Part shown: piece by piece, positions 26,189-36,237 of the stretch
Numbering within the stretch: position 1 is the first letter of the stretch
How the letters are laid out: the number at the start of each line of letters is the position of its first letter
Assembly (NCBI GenBank): GCA_964631935.1
Contig: CAZWAV010000004.1
Location: 9,179 to 73,178 of the forward strand
Source: an uncultured Candidatus Saccharibacteria bacterium
GTDB lineage: Bacteria; Patescibacteriota; Minisyncoccia; Phycocordibacterales; UBA9973
DNA length: 64,000 bases
Direction: 5' to 3'
Program-made: the position numbers and the translations under genes
The notes under the pieces: generated by a model
What the model saw: the letters and a program-made list of their open reading frames with translations, nothing else
Databases searched by the model: none
What the model was told of the DNA's origin: nothing

Positions 26189-28639
26189 TTATTGTTTTAT
26201 TATATCATTACCATTTGCTTGGATTTCTATCCATGTAACTTTTTCATTATCAAGACAGATTTGTGGCATTGGGGTTAAACCATCTGCAATTCTTCTTGTT
26301 TTACGACGGTTTTGGGCAGCTATAACAATGGTATTTACCTTGTCTTTAATAAAACCAAGTCTGTATATATTTCCACTCGCTTGAGCATAATTATCATTAG
26401 CGCTAATAATTGCCTTTGATATATCTTCTGCATCAGTAACTATGTTTTTGGTTAGATCAAGACCAGCTTGAGCCATAGGTAAGAATTTTGGATTTGGATT
26501 TCCTTCTGGGGTGAACTCAGTCAACATTGGGCTATTTATGCCGAATATTTCTTTTGACTTTATAACATACTCGTTGTAATTTTTTGTCGCTAAATCATTC
26601 CACTTTGTAATCTGTGCTTCAACATAAGCAGGATCAACAGCCCAGTGATCTGAAGAGAAAGTATAAGTCATATGAACAGTGTTCTTCGCGATCCAATAGA
26701 ATTCTTCATTTACTATTCTATCCCAAAGATTTCTAGCGTCATCAAAAACTTTTTTGTAGTCTGTAGGGTCTGGAAGAGATATCACATTATATGAGTGATC
26801 CAATCCTCCATTGAGCAATCCTCCTATTGCTTGGATACCATCACAACCAATGAAAGGACATTTGTCGTAGACATCCCTAATGTACTCAACTGAAACCCCG
26901 CTCAAATAATCAAAATAAGCATTCTTGGCACTATCTGAATTACTCTCCCAGTTGTAGTTTGGGCCTGGTATACAATAATCGAGTTCAGCAAGTTTCGGTA
27001 TGACCTTTGGAAGGATTGTTGTTGCTTTCTTTATAGAATTTAGATAATCTTTTTGTATTTGATATACGCCTCTTGTTTCTATTATATGATTTGGCACACC
27101 GACTTTCCACGTTGTCCCATCAAAGAAAGCTTTTTGTCCGGTAGTCCAATGGTGAGCACCTGCAAAAAGTTTTGTATCTCCAGCTACAGATACTGTGTAG
27201 TATTGATTTTTTGTTCCAGTACCAGGTGTAAGTTCTGGTGTATTACTATTTGCATCCCAAGCGCCGCCATTTATAGGTAATACATATTTATTACCTAAGT
27301 CTCTGGTCAAATCAAAAGGTGCGCCGTTTGTATTTGCGCTAACTTGACTACCAATAGCAGTACCAGAAGCAATGCTGTTACCTATAGCATCAACTATATT
27401 ATTTGAACCGAATCCACCAGATACTGGGTTGGTAAAATTATTATCTTTTGATCCCAGGCCTGATAATCCTTGGTTTTCAAAAGTGTTTATTAAAATGCTG
27501 AATAACGAATTTAATCCATCATTCAATGTTTTAGATAGCTCGATTTGGCGCTCTGGAGAATTTATATATGTGTCTATTTTAGTTTTTATAACACTTCCTG
27601 GGGTAACAGTCTCAAATCGTTTACATTTTGGTGATCCATCAGCATTTTGTGAATGACTTGGATCGTCGTCAGGGTTTGGCTTCTCATACTCTACACATTT
27701 CTTCTGGTCGAATACCCCACCGTTTCTAGATAATTCTGCTTGAGCATTGGCAACAGCTGAGTTCTTCTTTTTGTTTAGTTGTGCTGTAGCATCTACAGTA
27801 AATCCTAGAGGATTATTTTCTGAGTGTTGAGTGAAAGCAAGCCAACCATTCCATCCACCTTGGGTGAAATCTCTAGCAAAACTATCTGGAGTTGCGCCTG
27901 GAGTTAGATAGTTTGTTAGATCTTGTTTCATTGAGCCTAAGGTGTCCTTACCTGCCTTATATGCATTTATTTGTCCTATGGCATAATCACGACCGTATGG
28001 GTATGCGGTTGCATTTGCTGGATCTTTGAAAAGATCATTTTCTTTTTTAAGGATTGCTGTTGTTAGACTATCCATATAAGAATCAACATCACGTACATAC
28101 ATAGGGTCACCATTGAATCCCGTTGTAATCCAGTTCATAGTGTATTTGGTCATAGCAGTCAGCTGGTTTTTTACAAGGGTCGTAGCTATACCATTAAGAC
28201 AATTTTCTGTAAAAGCTTTTTTGTCTGCACTTGCTTGCTCTTTTTGCCCAGTTTCCAGTAAAAGATCTCCCAATGCAGCATCAACACCAGATACAGAATC
28301 TTGTTTTTTTGAATTTTGTTCTTGTTTCTGTTTGGTCTTTTCAGCTTTACTAGTAAGTTTTTTCTGAATAAATTCTGTCGTTACTTTTGAAACCTTATCT
28401 ACAATACCAGTACAGCCGACAAGAGACGTAAGAAGCCTACTGTTTATAATACCCTTTAGAGATACTTTATAAGGGCTATCAGAACCAAATTTATTTGGAT
28501 TGTCATAGTTAAGTCCTGTATTCCCCGCTAGCGCACTAGAGGGTATAAAAGCTTGCAGTAAGAATAAAGCAATGATTAGAGTAGATAGTGTTTTTTTAGT
28601 AATAGATTTCTTCATGAAAGTATATAAAGAGTATATCAT
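26189..28639 (-). CDS. Large secreted hypothetical protein (816 aa), Cys-containing; adhesin/tip-protein candidate of the T4SS-like module
   Basis: Signal peptide MKKSITKKTLSTLIIALFLLQAFIPSSALA. No TM elsewhere and no recognisable enzymatic motif. Confidence 0.65.
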   Translation of the reverse strand: MIYSLYTFMKKSITKKTLSTLIIALFLLQAFIPSSALAGNTGLNYDNPNKFGSDSPYKVSLKGIINSRLLTSLVGCTGIVDKVSKVTTEFIQKKLTSKAEKTKQKQEQNSKKQDSVSGVDAALGDLLLETGQKEQASADKKAFTENCLNGIATTLVKNQLTAMTKYTMNWITTGFNGDPMYVRDVDSYMDSLTTAILKKENDLFKDPANATAYPYGRDYAIGQINAYKAGKDTLGSMKQDLTNYLTPGATPDSFARDFTQGGWNGWLAFTQHSENNPLGFTVDATAQLNKKKNSAVANAQAELSRNGGVFDQKKCVEYEKPNPDDDPSHSQNADGSPKCKRFETVTPGSVIKTKIDTYINSPERQIELSKTLNDGLNSLFSILINTFENQGLSGLGSKDNNFTNPVSGGFGSNNIVDAIGNSIASGTAIGSQVSANTNGAPFDLTRDLGNKYVLPINGGAWDANSNTPELTPGTGTKNQYYTVSVAGDTKLFAGAHHWTTGQKAFFDGTTWKVGVPNHIIETRGVYQIQKDYLNSIKKATTILPKVIPKLAELDYCIPGPNYNWESNSDSAKNAYFDYLSGVSVEYIRDVYDKCPFIGCDGIQAIGGLLNGGLDHSYNVISLPDPTDYKKVFDDARNLWDRIVNEEFYWIAKNTVHMTYTFSSDHWAVDPAYVEAQITKWNDLATKNYNEYVIKSKEIFGINSPMLTEFTPEGNPNPKFLPMAQAGLDLTKNIVTDAEDISKAIISANDNYAQASGNIYRLGFIKDKVNTIVIAAQNRRKTRRIADGLTPMPQICLDNEKVTWIEIQANGNDIIKQ

Positions 28640-28642
28640 TTA

Positions 28643-29515
28643 TTATAGATTCTTTGAAAGCGTGTTAACATCGGACACTAATGCATCTGTATACTTTTTG
28701 TAATTAATGACAGCTTTCATTCCATTTAAGGGAACAGTCAGCATATCACCCATACCCTCTATTGATTGGGCTACTTTTTCATAATCATTAGCAAGGGCAA
28801 GATGGGTGTCACTTAAAGTATTTGGAACTTGTATTTTTAAGAGCTCTTTACCAGCTGATCTATACGCTGAAGCGACCTTGTCGGCCTCTATAAATGCTTG
28901 AGGATCATTGTTTGTAAGCCCTACACTAATAAAAGTAAGTTCTTTGCCAATATCTTTATCCTTGTATTTATTGAATAAATTAGCTAATTCGGTAGTGTAT
29001 GCACTTGTACTCGCTGGGTTTGTTTTTACAGGTAAAATCATGCTTTTTGTGTAAAGATCTGGGATTGGGGTTGCTATGATTTTTTGACCTATAGTGTCGC
29101 TCACGGCTTTAATCGAAACCTCATCTAGATTGCCGGATTCTTGGAGTGACATAATAACAGAGAAAAATTCTCGTGAAAGTGTCTCATTTTCTGACAGAGG
29201 CTGATTTGTATCGTTATTTAAGGTATTCTCTTTTGCCAACGTCTCTCTTTGGGCTAAGATGAATTCTTTATTTGAAGAGCCATCCCCTTTTGGATTAAGG
29301 CCCCACAAGGATTCTTCCCAGTCAGGGATACCATTGTCATTACTATCTTTTTGAATCACATCAGATTTTATAATAAGGGAGGTCTGGCCTTTGTTCTGTA
29401 GCTTATTTCTAATAAATATCGTTATTTTATATACACCAAAAGCAATAATAATTAAAACCAGAGCTGTTATCGCCCGAGCTATGAATTGTTTACTTGGAAG
29501 GTACTTTGGATCCAT
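28643..29515 (-). CDS. Bitopic membrane protein (N-terminal TM plus an extracytoplasmic domain of about 250 aa); VirB8-position analogue, unproven
   Basis: TM ITALVLIIIAFGVYKITIFI. No motif-level assignment. Confidence 0.55.
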   Translation of the reverse strand: MDPKYLPSKQFIARAITALVLIIIAFGVYKITIFIRNKLQNKGQTSLIIKSDVIQKDSNDNGIPDWEESLWGLNPKGDGSSNKEFILAQRETLAKENTLNNDTNQPLSENETLSREFFSVIMSLQESGNLDEVSIKAVSDTIGQKIIATPIPDLYTKSMILPVKTNPASTSAYTTELANLFNKYKDKDIGKELTFISVGLTNNDPQAFIEADKVASAYRSAGKELLKIQVPNTLSDTHLALANDYEKVAQSIEGMGDMLTVPLNGMKAVINYKKYTDALVSDVNTLSKNL

Positions 29516-29517
29516 AT

Positions 29518-29931
29518 TTACTTAGAAGTACCATACATTGTTATAGGGGTAAGAGTTACGCTTGTTGATGATGGTGGAGTACCTCGGAATTTACATATAA
29601 CAGTAGTTTTTGACTGACTATATAGACCTTTTATTTGCTGGCCAGCTCGAGGTGTTGTATTTGTTCTTGATTTTACAGAAGTAGGTATTAAAAATGTTGT
29701 TGGAGACCCTTTAGTAACTGGCTTTATGGTAATAGAAGTACCAGGAACATTACAACTATAGTTCGATTCTTCTAAAGATTGTATTTCTGTCGCTTTTACA
29801 TTTATTATCTTGCCACCAAAAGCCTTCCCGACTGTACCTGCGTGGGCTATATTGAAGGCAACAATAACAACAAGAATAGCTAATATTGAAGAGGCTGTTA
29901 ATAAAGCATGTTTCATAGCCTCATTATACAT
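29518..29931 (-). CDS. Small secreted protein (signal peptide with AHA cleavage-like site)
   Basis: MKHALLTASSILAILVVIVAFNIAHA|GTVG. First gene after rsmA in the array. Confidence 0.55.
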   Translation of the reverse strand: MYNEAMKHALLTASSILAILVVIVAFNIAHAGTVGKAFGGKIINVKATEIQSLEESNYSCNVPGTSITIKPVTKGSPTTFLIPTSVKSRTNTTPRAGQQIKGLYSQSKTTVICKFRGTPPSSTSVTLTPITMYGTSK

Positions 29932-29948
29932 TTTATAAACTCAATATG

Positions 29949-30746
29949 CTACAGATTTGTGGATAAATAACTAGTTATTTCAAGCCATAAAGGAAGTTTT
30001 ATATCCTCTGCTCTCGATTTTGTATCTATATTTAATTTTTTGAACATAGAATCTATTATTTCAGGACTTGCTACTGTCTCTAAATTTTTTCTAAGAACTT
30101 TCCGTTTATGAGCAAACCCACTTTTTATAATTTTAAAGAATTTTTCTTCGGCTCCTTTTTTACTAAGATTATCTTTTGAAATATTTGTTATAGCTACGAT
30201 TGCTGAATCTACTTTTGGGCTTGGTGAGAAAAATCTTTTACCAACTTTCATTACATATTTCGGTGTGCCATAGACTTTTACAGATAAAGATAAAATACTT
30301 TCTTTGTTGTCTCGAGCAACTATACGTGTTGCTACTTCTTTCTGTACCAAAAGAACCATACATAATGGCTGAGATACTTCAGAGAGGAACTTTTTTATTA
30401 TTGCCCCAGTTATGTTGTATGGAATGTTTGCAATTAATTTGTAATTTTTTATTTTGTATACAATTGGATTAAAATCTAGACAGTCTCCTTCTATTAGCTC
30501 TAACTTTTTGCTCCTTATTTCATTAGCAAATTTTTCTTTTAGAATTGCGATAAGGTCGCGATCTTTTTCTATAGCGATAACTTTATTTGCTTTTTCTAGT
30601 AGTTTCTCTGTGAGCGCTCCCTTGCCTGGACCTATTTCAAGTATAGTGTCTTTTTCATTTACATTTCCTGCTTCACACATGGTCCGGAGAGCTTGCTCTG
30701 ACTTTAGGAAATTTTGCCCCATTGATTTTTTAGCGTGATGAACCAT
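29949..30746 (-). CDS. rsmA: 16S rRNA (adenine1518/1519-N6)-dimethyltransferase RsmA/KsgA
   Basis: MGQNFLKSEQALRTMCEAG...ILEIGPGKGALTEKL SAM-binding motif; typical KsgA length. Confidence 0.9.
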   Translation of the reverse strand: MVHHAKKSMGQNFLKSEQALRTMCEAGNVNEKDTILEIGPGKGALTEKLLEKANKVIAIEKDRDLIAILKEKFANEIRSKKLELIEGDCLDFNPIVYKIKNYKLIANIPYNITGAIIKKFLSEVSQPLCMVLLVQKEVATRIVARDNKESILSLSVKVYGTPKYVMKVGKRFFSPSPKVDSAIVAITNISKDNLSKKGAEEKFFKIIKSGFAHKRKVLRKNLETVASPEIIDSMFKKLNIDTKSRAEDIKLPLWLEITSYLSTNL

Positions 30747-30749
30747 ATT

Positions 30750-32678
30750 TTATATATACACCACTCGCTCACCTTTTCCAAATTGCCCTTGTTCGAATTC
30801 TGTCAGATGTTCTGGTATATCAGAAAGAAATTCACTAGGAGTGTTTACTTGTTTACTTCCAAATATTGTACGGAGTGATGCATAAGATAAATATAATTTA
30901 TGTTCTGCTCTTGTTAAGGCCACGTAGAATAATCTTCTCTCTTCTTCGGCATCTTCTTTTGTTTTGCTTCCGTTTCTTGTGTGTGGAAATAAATCTTGTT
31001 CAAGTCCAGTAATAAATACATATTTGAATTCAAGACCCTTTGATGCATGGACAGTCATAAGCCTTACTCCTTTACCTTTATGCATAAGAGTATCTTGATC
31101 GCTTGCAAGGGAGGCATCTTCAAGTAATTTTTCCATCCCATCACCTTGGGGCATAGAGTCATACTTTGTAGCCAAAGTTACTAATTCCTTCATATTTTCC
31201 AAGCGTTCTTGTTCATCACTAGGACCGCGTGATAATTGATCTTCAAGCCCGCTTTCTTTTATGACGTACTTTATAACCTCAGATGGTTTATGATTTTCTG
31301 CGTATTCTTTTATTTTTTCTAGTAAGCCATAAAATAAGTTTATTTTTAATTGCATGCCAGCCGGAAGCTCGCCAAATTTATTTGAAAAAAGTTTTACTAA
31401 TGTGACTTTCCCTATTCCCCGAGCTGGAGTATTTATAATTCTTTTAATATCAGATAAGCCTTCTTTATTAAAAGCTGCACGAATATATGAAAGTAAATCT
31501 TTAATTTCCTTTCTTTCGAAAAATTTTACCCCAAGTACTTGGTATGGTATTTGTTTATTTAATAATGCCTCTTCCAGTACACGGGATTGAAAGTTTGCAC
31601 GGTATAATATTGCTATATCTTCAGGGCTATGACTCTTTAACAACTCATCTATTGATGATGCGACAAATTCTGCTTCATGCACTTCGTCATAGGCTTCATG
31701 TATACAAATAGTTTCCCCTACTTTATTTTCTGTGAATAAAGTTTTATCAACCCTGTACTGATTTTTCTTAATGACACTATTAGCTGCTTCGATAATATTT
31801 TTTGTTGAGCGGTAATTCTGCTCTAACATTATTATTTTTGCGTTTGGGTAATCTTTTTCAAAATGAAGCATATTTTTTATGTTCGCTCCTCGCCAACTAT
31901 AAATATTTTGATCTGTATCACCCACGACGCAAATATTCTCATCTTTTCCAACAAGGAGTTTTACAAGTTCATACTGAACTTCATTGGTGTCTTGATACTC
32001 ATCTATATGAATATATTTCCACCTGTCTTGATAAGATTGTTTTACTTCAGGAAACTTTTTTAAAATTAAAACAGTTTCAAGTAAAAGATCATCGAAGTCT
32101 AAAGCTTTTTCATTTTTTAAAGCTCTTTCATAATCACGCCAAATCCGAGCAACGATACTTGTAAGCGCACTTGTAGCATTTTGCCCATAGGTTTCTGAAG
32201 TTATAAAATCACCCTTAGCTTTTGATATGATACTTTTTATTTTTCGTGGCTCATATTGTTTGGGGTCTATATCAGCATCTTTCATTACATCTTTTATAAT
32301 AACGAGAGCATCGTGTTCATCCACAATAGCGAAATGCTTAGTTAAGCCAATTAAATGCGCATTTTCTTTTATTATGCGTACTCCTAAAGAGTGGAATGTC
32401 GATACTACTGGCACCCCACTTGTGTTATATGGTTGATTTCCATGTGATGGCTCCCCTAGTAGAGTCATCACCCTATCTCTCATTTCCTTTGCTGCCTTAT
32501 TTGTAAAAGTTACAGCAAGTATTGCTTCAGGATTTATACCTTGGTGGATAAGGTGGATTATACGATGTGTAATAGTCTTGGTTTTACCAGCCCCAGCCCC
32601 AGCCACAATCAAAAGAGGTCCGTCTATATATAGTACGGCCTCTTTTTGTTTATCATTTAAAGATTCTAAATATTCCAT
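30750..32678 (-). CDS. pcrA: ATP-dependent DNA helicase, UvrD/PcrA/Rep family
   Basis: Motif I LIVAGAGAGKTKTITHRI and the full set of SF1 helicase motifs (DEYQDT, VGDTDQNIYSWRGA, ...). Confidence 0.9.
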   Translation of the reverse strand: MEYLESLNDKQKEAVLYIDGPLLIVAGAGAGKTKTITHRIIHLIHQGINPEAILAVTFTNKAAKEMRDRVMTLLGEPSHGNQPYNTSGVPVVSTFHSLGVRIIKENAHLIGLTKHFAIVDEHDALVIIKDVMKDADIDPKQYEPRKIKSIISKAKGDFITSETYGQNATSALTSIVARIWRDYERALKNEKALDFDDLLLETVLILKKFPEVKQSYQDRWKYIHIDEYQDTNEVQYELVKLLVGKDENICVVGDTDQNIYSWRGANIKNMLHFEKDYPNAKIIMLEQNYRSTKNIIEAANSVIKKNQYRVDKTLFTENKVGETICIHEAYDEVHEAEFVASSIDELLKSHSPEDIAILYRANFQSRVLEEALLNKQIPYQVLGVKFFERKEIKDLLSYIRAAFNKEGLSDIKRIINTPARGIGKVTLVKLFSNKFGELPAGMQLKINLFYGLLEKIKEYAENHKPSEVIKYVIKESGLEDQLSRGPSDEQERLENMKELVTLATKYDSMPQGDGMEKLLEDASLASDQDTLMHKGKGVRLMTVHASKGLEFKYVFITGLEQDLFPHTRNGSKTKEDAEEERRLFYVALTRAEHKLYLSYASLRTIFGSKQVNTPSEFLSDIPEHLTEFEQGQFGKGERVVYI

Positions 32679-32701
32679 CAGAACCCCATTGTAGCATTTT
32701 T

Positions 32702-33010
32702 TTAGTTTCCGATCTGGCTCATAATATCTGCACTTTCATCTCTCAATTTCTGTGCTTCTTCAGATACTATTGATTCTATGTTAGGAACTTTCTCACCCAA
32801 GAAAGTAAACATTACTTCTGGATCAGGATTACCCTCTATTAATTTTTCGAAAACATCTTTATCTTCTTCTGTCATAATATCAAGAACACGAAGCATGACT
32901 TCTTGATAAACAATAGAACCCATTTTCTCCATGGCCTCCTTCTGTTCTTCAACGGGAAGTACATCGATACCTAGAGTTTTTATTATGTTGTCATTTATTT
33001 TATTAAACAT
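32702..33010 (-). CDS. Small acidic hypothetical protein (102 aa)
   Basis: ORF tightly coupled between pcrA and the 1062-aa gene. No recognisable motif. Confidence 0.5.
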   Translation of the reverse strand: MFNKINDNIIKTLGIDVLPVEEQKEAMEKMGSIVYQEVMLRVLDIMTEEDKDVFEKLIEGNPDPEVMFTFLGEKVPNIESIVSEEAQKLRDESADIMSQIGN

Positions 33011-33047
33011 ATTTTTATCGCATAGCGATTTATTAAATTATAATTTT

Positions 33048-36000
33048 TTAAAAACCTGTCATTCTTACTGGTCGTGTCCAACTACTTAGATAGGGCCTGA
33101 TTATACTGCTTGCTCTATTTGCTAATCTTACAGTGTTTGGATTGTAGTTTCCAGTATTATAGGTACGGTTTGCATAATTATTCCCACTTGTATATCTTGA
33201 TCCTGGCACTCTCCTCTCAATAATACCATCATCGAGCATCTTGTCATTTATAGGAGCATCTTCTCTTATTACATAATACACCCCATTATCAGTTTGATGA
33301 ACATTCCTTGTTAGACGAGCAACATATCTCTCTATAGATTCATCGCCAATTGGTTCTGCGTTCAATTTATCAAATTCACCATAGAAGCTTGATAATCTTT
33401 TTAATTCATTTTCATGAACAAAAGAATAATCATGACTTCCATCTATGCGTACAACATCTTTCACTACGCCCGTACTAATTAATTTATCAAGATCCGATTG
33501 TGATATTTCGCTAGCATTAATAGCTTTATTGAAATCAAAGAAATCTCGAGCCGGAATTTTAGTAACAGTAGACCAGCTATCTGTGTCCCTAAAATATTCT
33601 GTCATTCTTGTAGTTTGTATATTTTTATCAAGTGCTGCGTCATACTCTATTCCGTTTTTTCCATGGCCGAAAAGTCTTTGCAGTTCACGCTCTTTATCAA
33701 AATCAGCATAGGTATCAAACTTTACTCCCCTCGCTTCAAGCATCTTGTCTGAAGCTCTGTTCCAGTCGCTGTTGTCTATGCCGTTTATTGTCCTACCACC
33801 AGATCTATCAAGGAGTACATTATTATTACCAAATTGTTGGTTCACCTCACGAGCTGTAGCTAAATGCCTAGGATCATTTTCAAAAATTAATCCATGATTA
33901 ACGCTTCTAACTTCTATCGCATCTGATGGAATATTTTCTATACTTACTGCATTTTTTGTCATGCCAACCTTTGTTGTGAACTCATCACCACCTTCGCTCA
34001 CGCTTGACCTTGGAATATTTATGTTTCCACCTTCTCCTGTCGGATAAATATTTTTTACGCCCCCTGTATTATAATATCTCTCTGTTGGCACAGATGGAGT
34101 AGTAGTGTTTGGTGTACTGGTTGAAACCACTTTGTCTACGTTGGTATCAACATTAGGGCTTGTCTCTATGTTACTAGCTTCTGGTTTATTTATTAGATCT
34201 TCATTAGCAGGTATAATTTCGCCCGATGTTTTTGGGTGGAACTTTTCGTACTCTAATTGATCTCCAGTTTTTATTTCTGGATTTGTGCTTACTCCATCAT
34301 CTAGTGTCTGTGGATGAGTTTTCATATATTCATCCGTATCATAATATGTACGTATTCGCTGTCCTTCTGAGTTGAAATCATCAGATCTTAATTTCGGATG
34401 TGTTCTTAAGTATTCTTTTAAATCATCACCTTTCAGTTGGGTCTCAACCCCAGCTTTTGGGTGATCAGCGTCAATCATCTTACCCGTATATAATTCATTT
34501 GCCTTTATTTCTGTTCCCTTCTCGAGTAATGTAGCATTTGCCCCGCTTGATTCTTGATATGTGACATTTCCAGAATCATCGACATTAAATTTTCCACCTA
34601 TTTTTGTAAGGGCGCTCTCGTCCACTTGTCCTGGCTTAAACATTCCATATTCTATTGCAAGTTTATCTGCTTTTGTATTTAGAATGTGTTTCACGCTCTC
34701 TGGAACTTTATCTGGTGTTTCAGTTAAAATTTTATCGTATTTTGCGTGCAGTTTATCTTGAAGATCGTGTATTGTTTGTATTGCGCCATGACCTTTATGG
34801 ATTTCTGCATCTATGCCACTTTGGGCAGGTACTTTCACTTCTGTTGGGATTGTTGTTTTTACTGGCTCAGTTATTCCGGGTGTTTTATTTATATTTGAAC
34901 TATCGACTGGTTGAGATTTATTTAATGTGTCGATTTCCGCTTGTTTAACTGATGGACTGTCTACTATGTGGTCTACTGGCTTAACTAGAGTACTATCAGT
35001 TAAAGGCTTTATAGGATTAATTGTGTCATGTGCTACTTGATTATTTTCTACCGGGAATTGATTCTCTGGTTGCTCAAGTATAGGCTTATTATAATTTGCA
35101 GAATTATGACCAGGAGTTGAGCCGTGTCCTCCTATACCACTACCAAATTCATGTGCTGCAAAAGCTCCAACTCCAGCACCAACAGCAGCTCCAACAACTG
35201 CTTTTAAAATTGTACGGTGGCGATTCCTCTTTGTTTCTTCTGCAACAACACTTCTTGATCCTTTTTCATAATCCTCTAGTCCTATTTCTCCTGAAGCAAA
35301 TTTATCTCTTAGTGCACCCAATTTATCATCTTGGTTTTTTCGGAATTTTTCGTCTGATTTTCTTTCTATTAAATCAATTCCTTTAACAAGATGAGCACTT
35401 GCAAAACCAGAAAGTGCCCCTCTTGCAAACCTAAAACCAGCTGCCCCAACCAAAGATCCTGTAACTGCACCTGCTGCTATAGAAGATGCTCCTAGAAATA
35501 AAACTGTATTCAAAAGTAATTTCTTCTCCCTAGGTAATTTCATATACCAATTTGCCACTCTTTTCCATGCGGCTGGATTGACTGGACTGCCATTTACTTT
35601 TGCATCTATTAATTTTTGGCGTTCATCAAGAATTGTTTTCTCTAGAATATCTTTTGCTTTATATTTTTTTAATTCTTCTCCTATTTCTGGTTCACTTTTT
35701 CCGTCTGCGATAAGCTCATTCCTTTTTTTATTAAAAAGATCATTACCCATTTCTACACGAGCTTGATCATAAATTTTTTTCGCCTCTTTGTATTCTTCCG
35801 TAAAGTAATCTTCCTCATTAATAATTTTCTTATCAGCTCTACTCTTAAATATATTTGAAATAGTTGCCTTTGTTCTATCTATGGCTACTTGTTTACGAAC
35901 CTCTTTTTTACATTTTAGATACTCCTTTACATATACTCCTCTGGCTTCATCTACTTTTCTTTCTTCTGGTGTTCTTTTATCTTCAAACTCTTTATCCATA

Positions 36001-36236
36001 GTAGATATTTCTCGATTCTCGTTTGGATATACTTTATCAATATCACTTTCATCGAAACCACGATCAAGAAGGTCTTGTTTGGTTAGGCCTGCCTCTTTAC
36101 CCAAGTTGATTAACTTTAAAGCTTCTTCTTTAATAAAAGCTGTTTCCGTATCTATCGTCTTCTCATTAGCCTCAATAGTTTTATTGAGTTCATCAAGCTC
36201 AGCTTTTTTGTTGTTCAATTCTATATTTTCTGACAT
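33048..36236 (-). CDS. Large (1062 aa) hypothetical membrane protein: coiled-coil K/E-rich N-terminus, glycine-zipper TM region, large C-terminal domain
   Basis: Hydrophobic G/A-rich segments LLLNTVLFLGASSIAAGAVTGSLVGAAGF and ILKAVVGAAVGAGVGAFAAHEFGSGIGG (GxxxG/AxxxA repeats). No enzymatic motif recognised. Confidence 0.6.
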   Translation of the reverse strand: MSENIELNNKKAELDELNKTIEANEKTIDTETAFIKEEALKLINLGKEAGLTKQDLLDRGFDESDIDKVYPNENREISTMDKEFEDKRTPEERKVDEARGVYVKEYLKCKKEVRKQVAIDRTKATISNIFKSRADKKIINEEDYFTEEYKEAKKIYDQARVEMGNDLFNKKRNELIADGKSEPEIGEELKKYKAKDILEKTILDERQKLIDAKVNGSPVNPAAWKRVANWYMKLPREKKLLLNTVLFLGASSIAAGAVTGSLVGAAGFRFARGALSGFASAHLVKGIDLIERKSDEKFRKNQDDKLGALRDKFASGEIGLEDYEKGSRSVVAEETKRNRHRTILKAVVGAAVGAGVGAFAAHEFGSGIGGHGSTPGHNSANYNKPILEQPENQFPVENNQVAHDTINPIKPLTDSTLVKPVDHIVDSPSVKQAEIDTLNKSQPVDSSNINKTPGITEPVKTTIPTEVKVPAQSGIDAEIHKGHGAIQTIHDLQDKLHAKYDKILTETPDKVPESVKHILNTKADKLAIEYGMFKPGQVDESALTKIGGKFNVDDSGNVTYQESSGANATLLEKGTEIKANELYTGKMIDADHPKAGVETQLKGDDLKEYLRTHPKLRSDDFNSEGQRIRTYYDTDEYMKTHPQTLDDGVSTNPEIKTGDQLEYEKFHPKTSGEIIPANEDLINKPEASNIETSPNVDTNVDKVVSTSTPNTTTPSVPTERYYNTGGVKNIYPTGEGGNINIPRSSVSEGGDEFTTKVGMTKNAVSIENIPSDAIEVRSVNHGLIFENDPRHLATAREVNQQFGNNNVLLDRSGGRTINGIDNSDWNRASDKMLEARGVKFDTYADFDKERELQRLFGHGKNGIEYDAALDKNIQTTRMTEYFRDTDSWSTVTKIPARDFFDFNKAINASEISQSDLDKLISTGVVKDVVRIDGSHDYSFVHENELKRLSSFYGEFDKLNAEPIGDESIERYVARLTRNVHQTDNGVYYVIREDAPINDKMLDDGIIERRVPGSRYTSGNNYANRTYNTGNYNPNTVRLANRASSIIRPYLSSWTRPVRMTGF

Positions 36237-36237
36237 T

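Noticed and set aside
30750-32678. UvrD-like helicase as part of a defence system (Gabija-like) with the upstream large proteins
   Set aside because: Length and motifs match housekeeping PcrA/UvrD. It is followed by rsmA. No OLD/TOPRIM ATPase partner was recognised.
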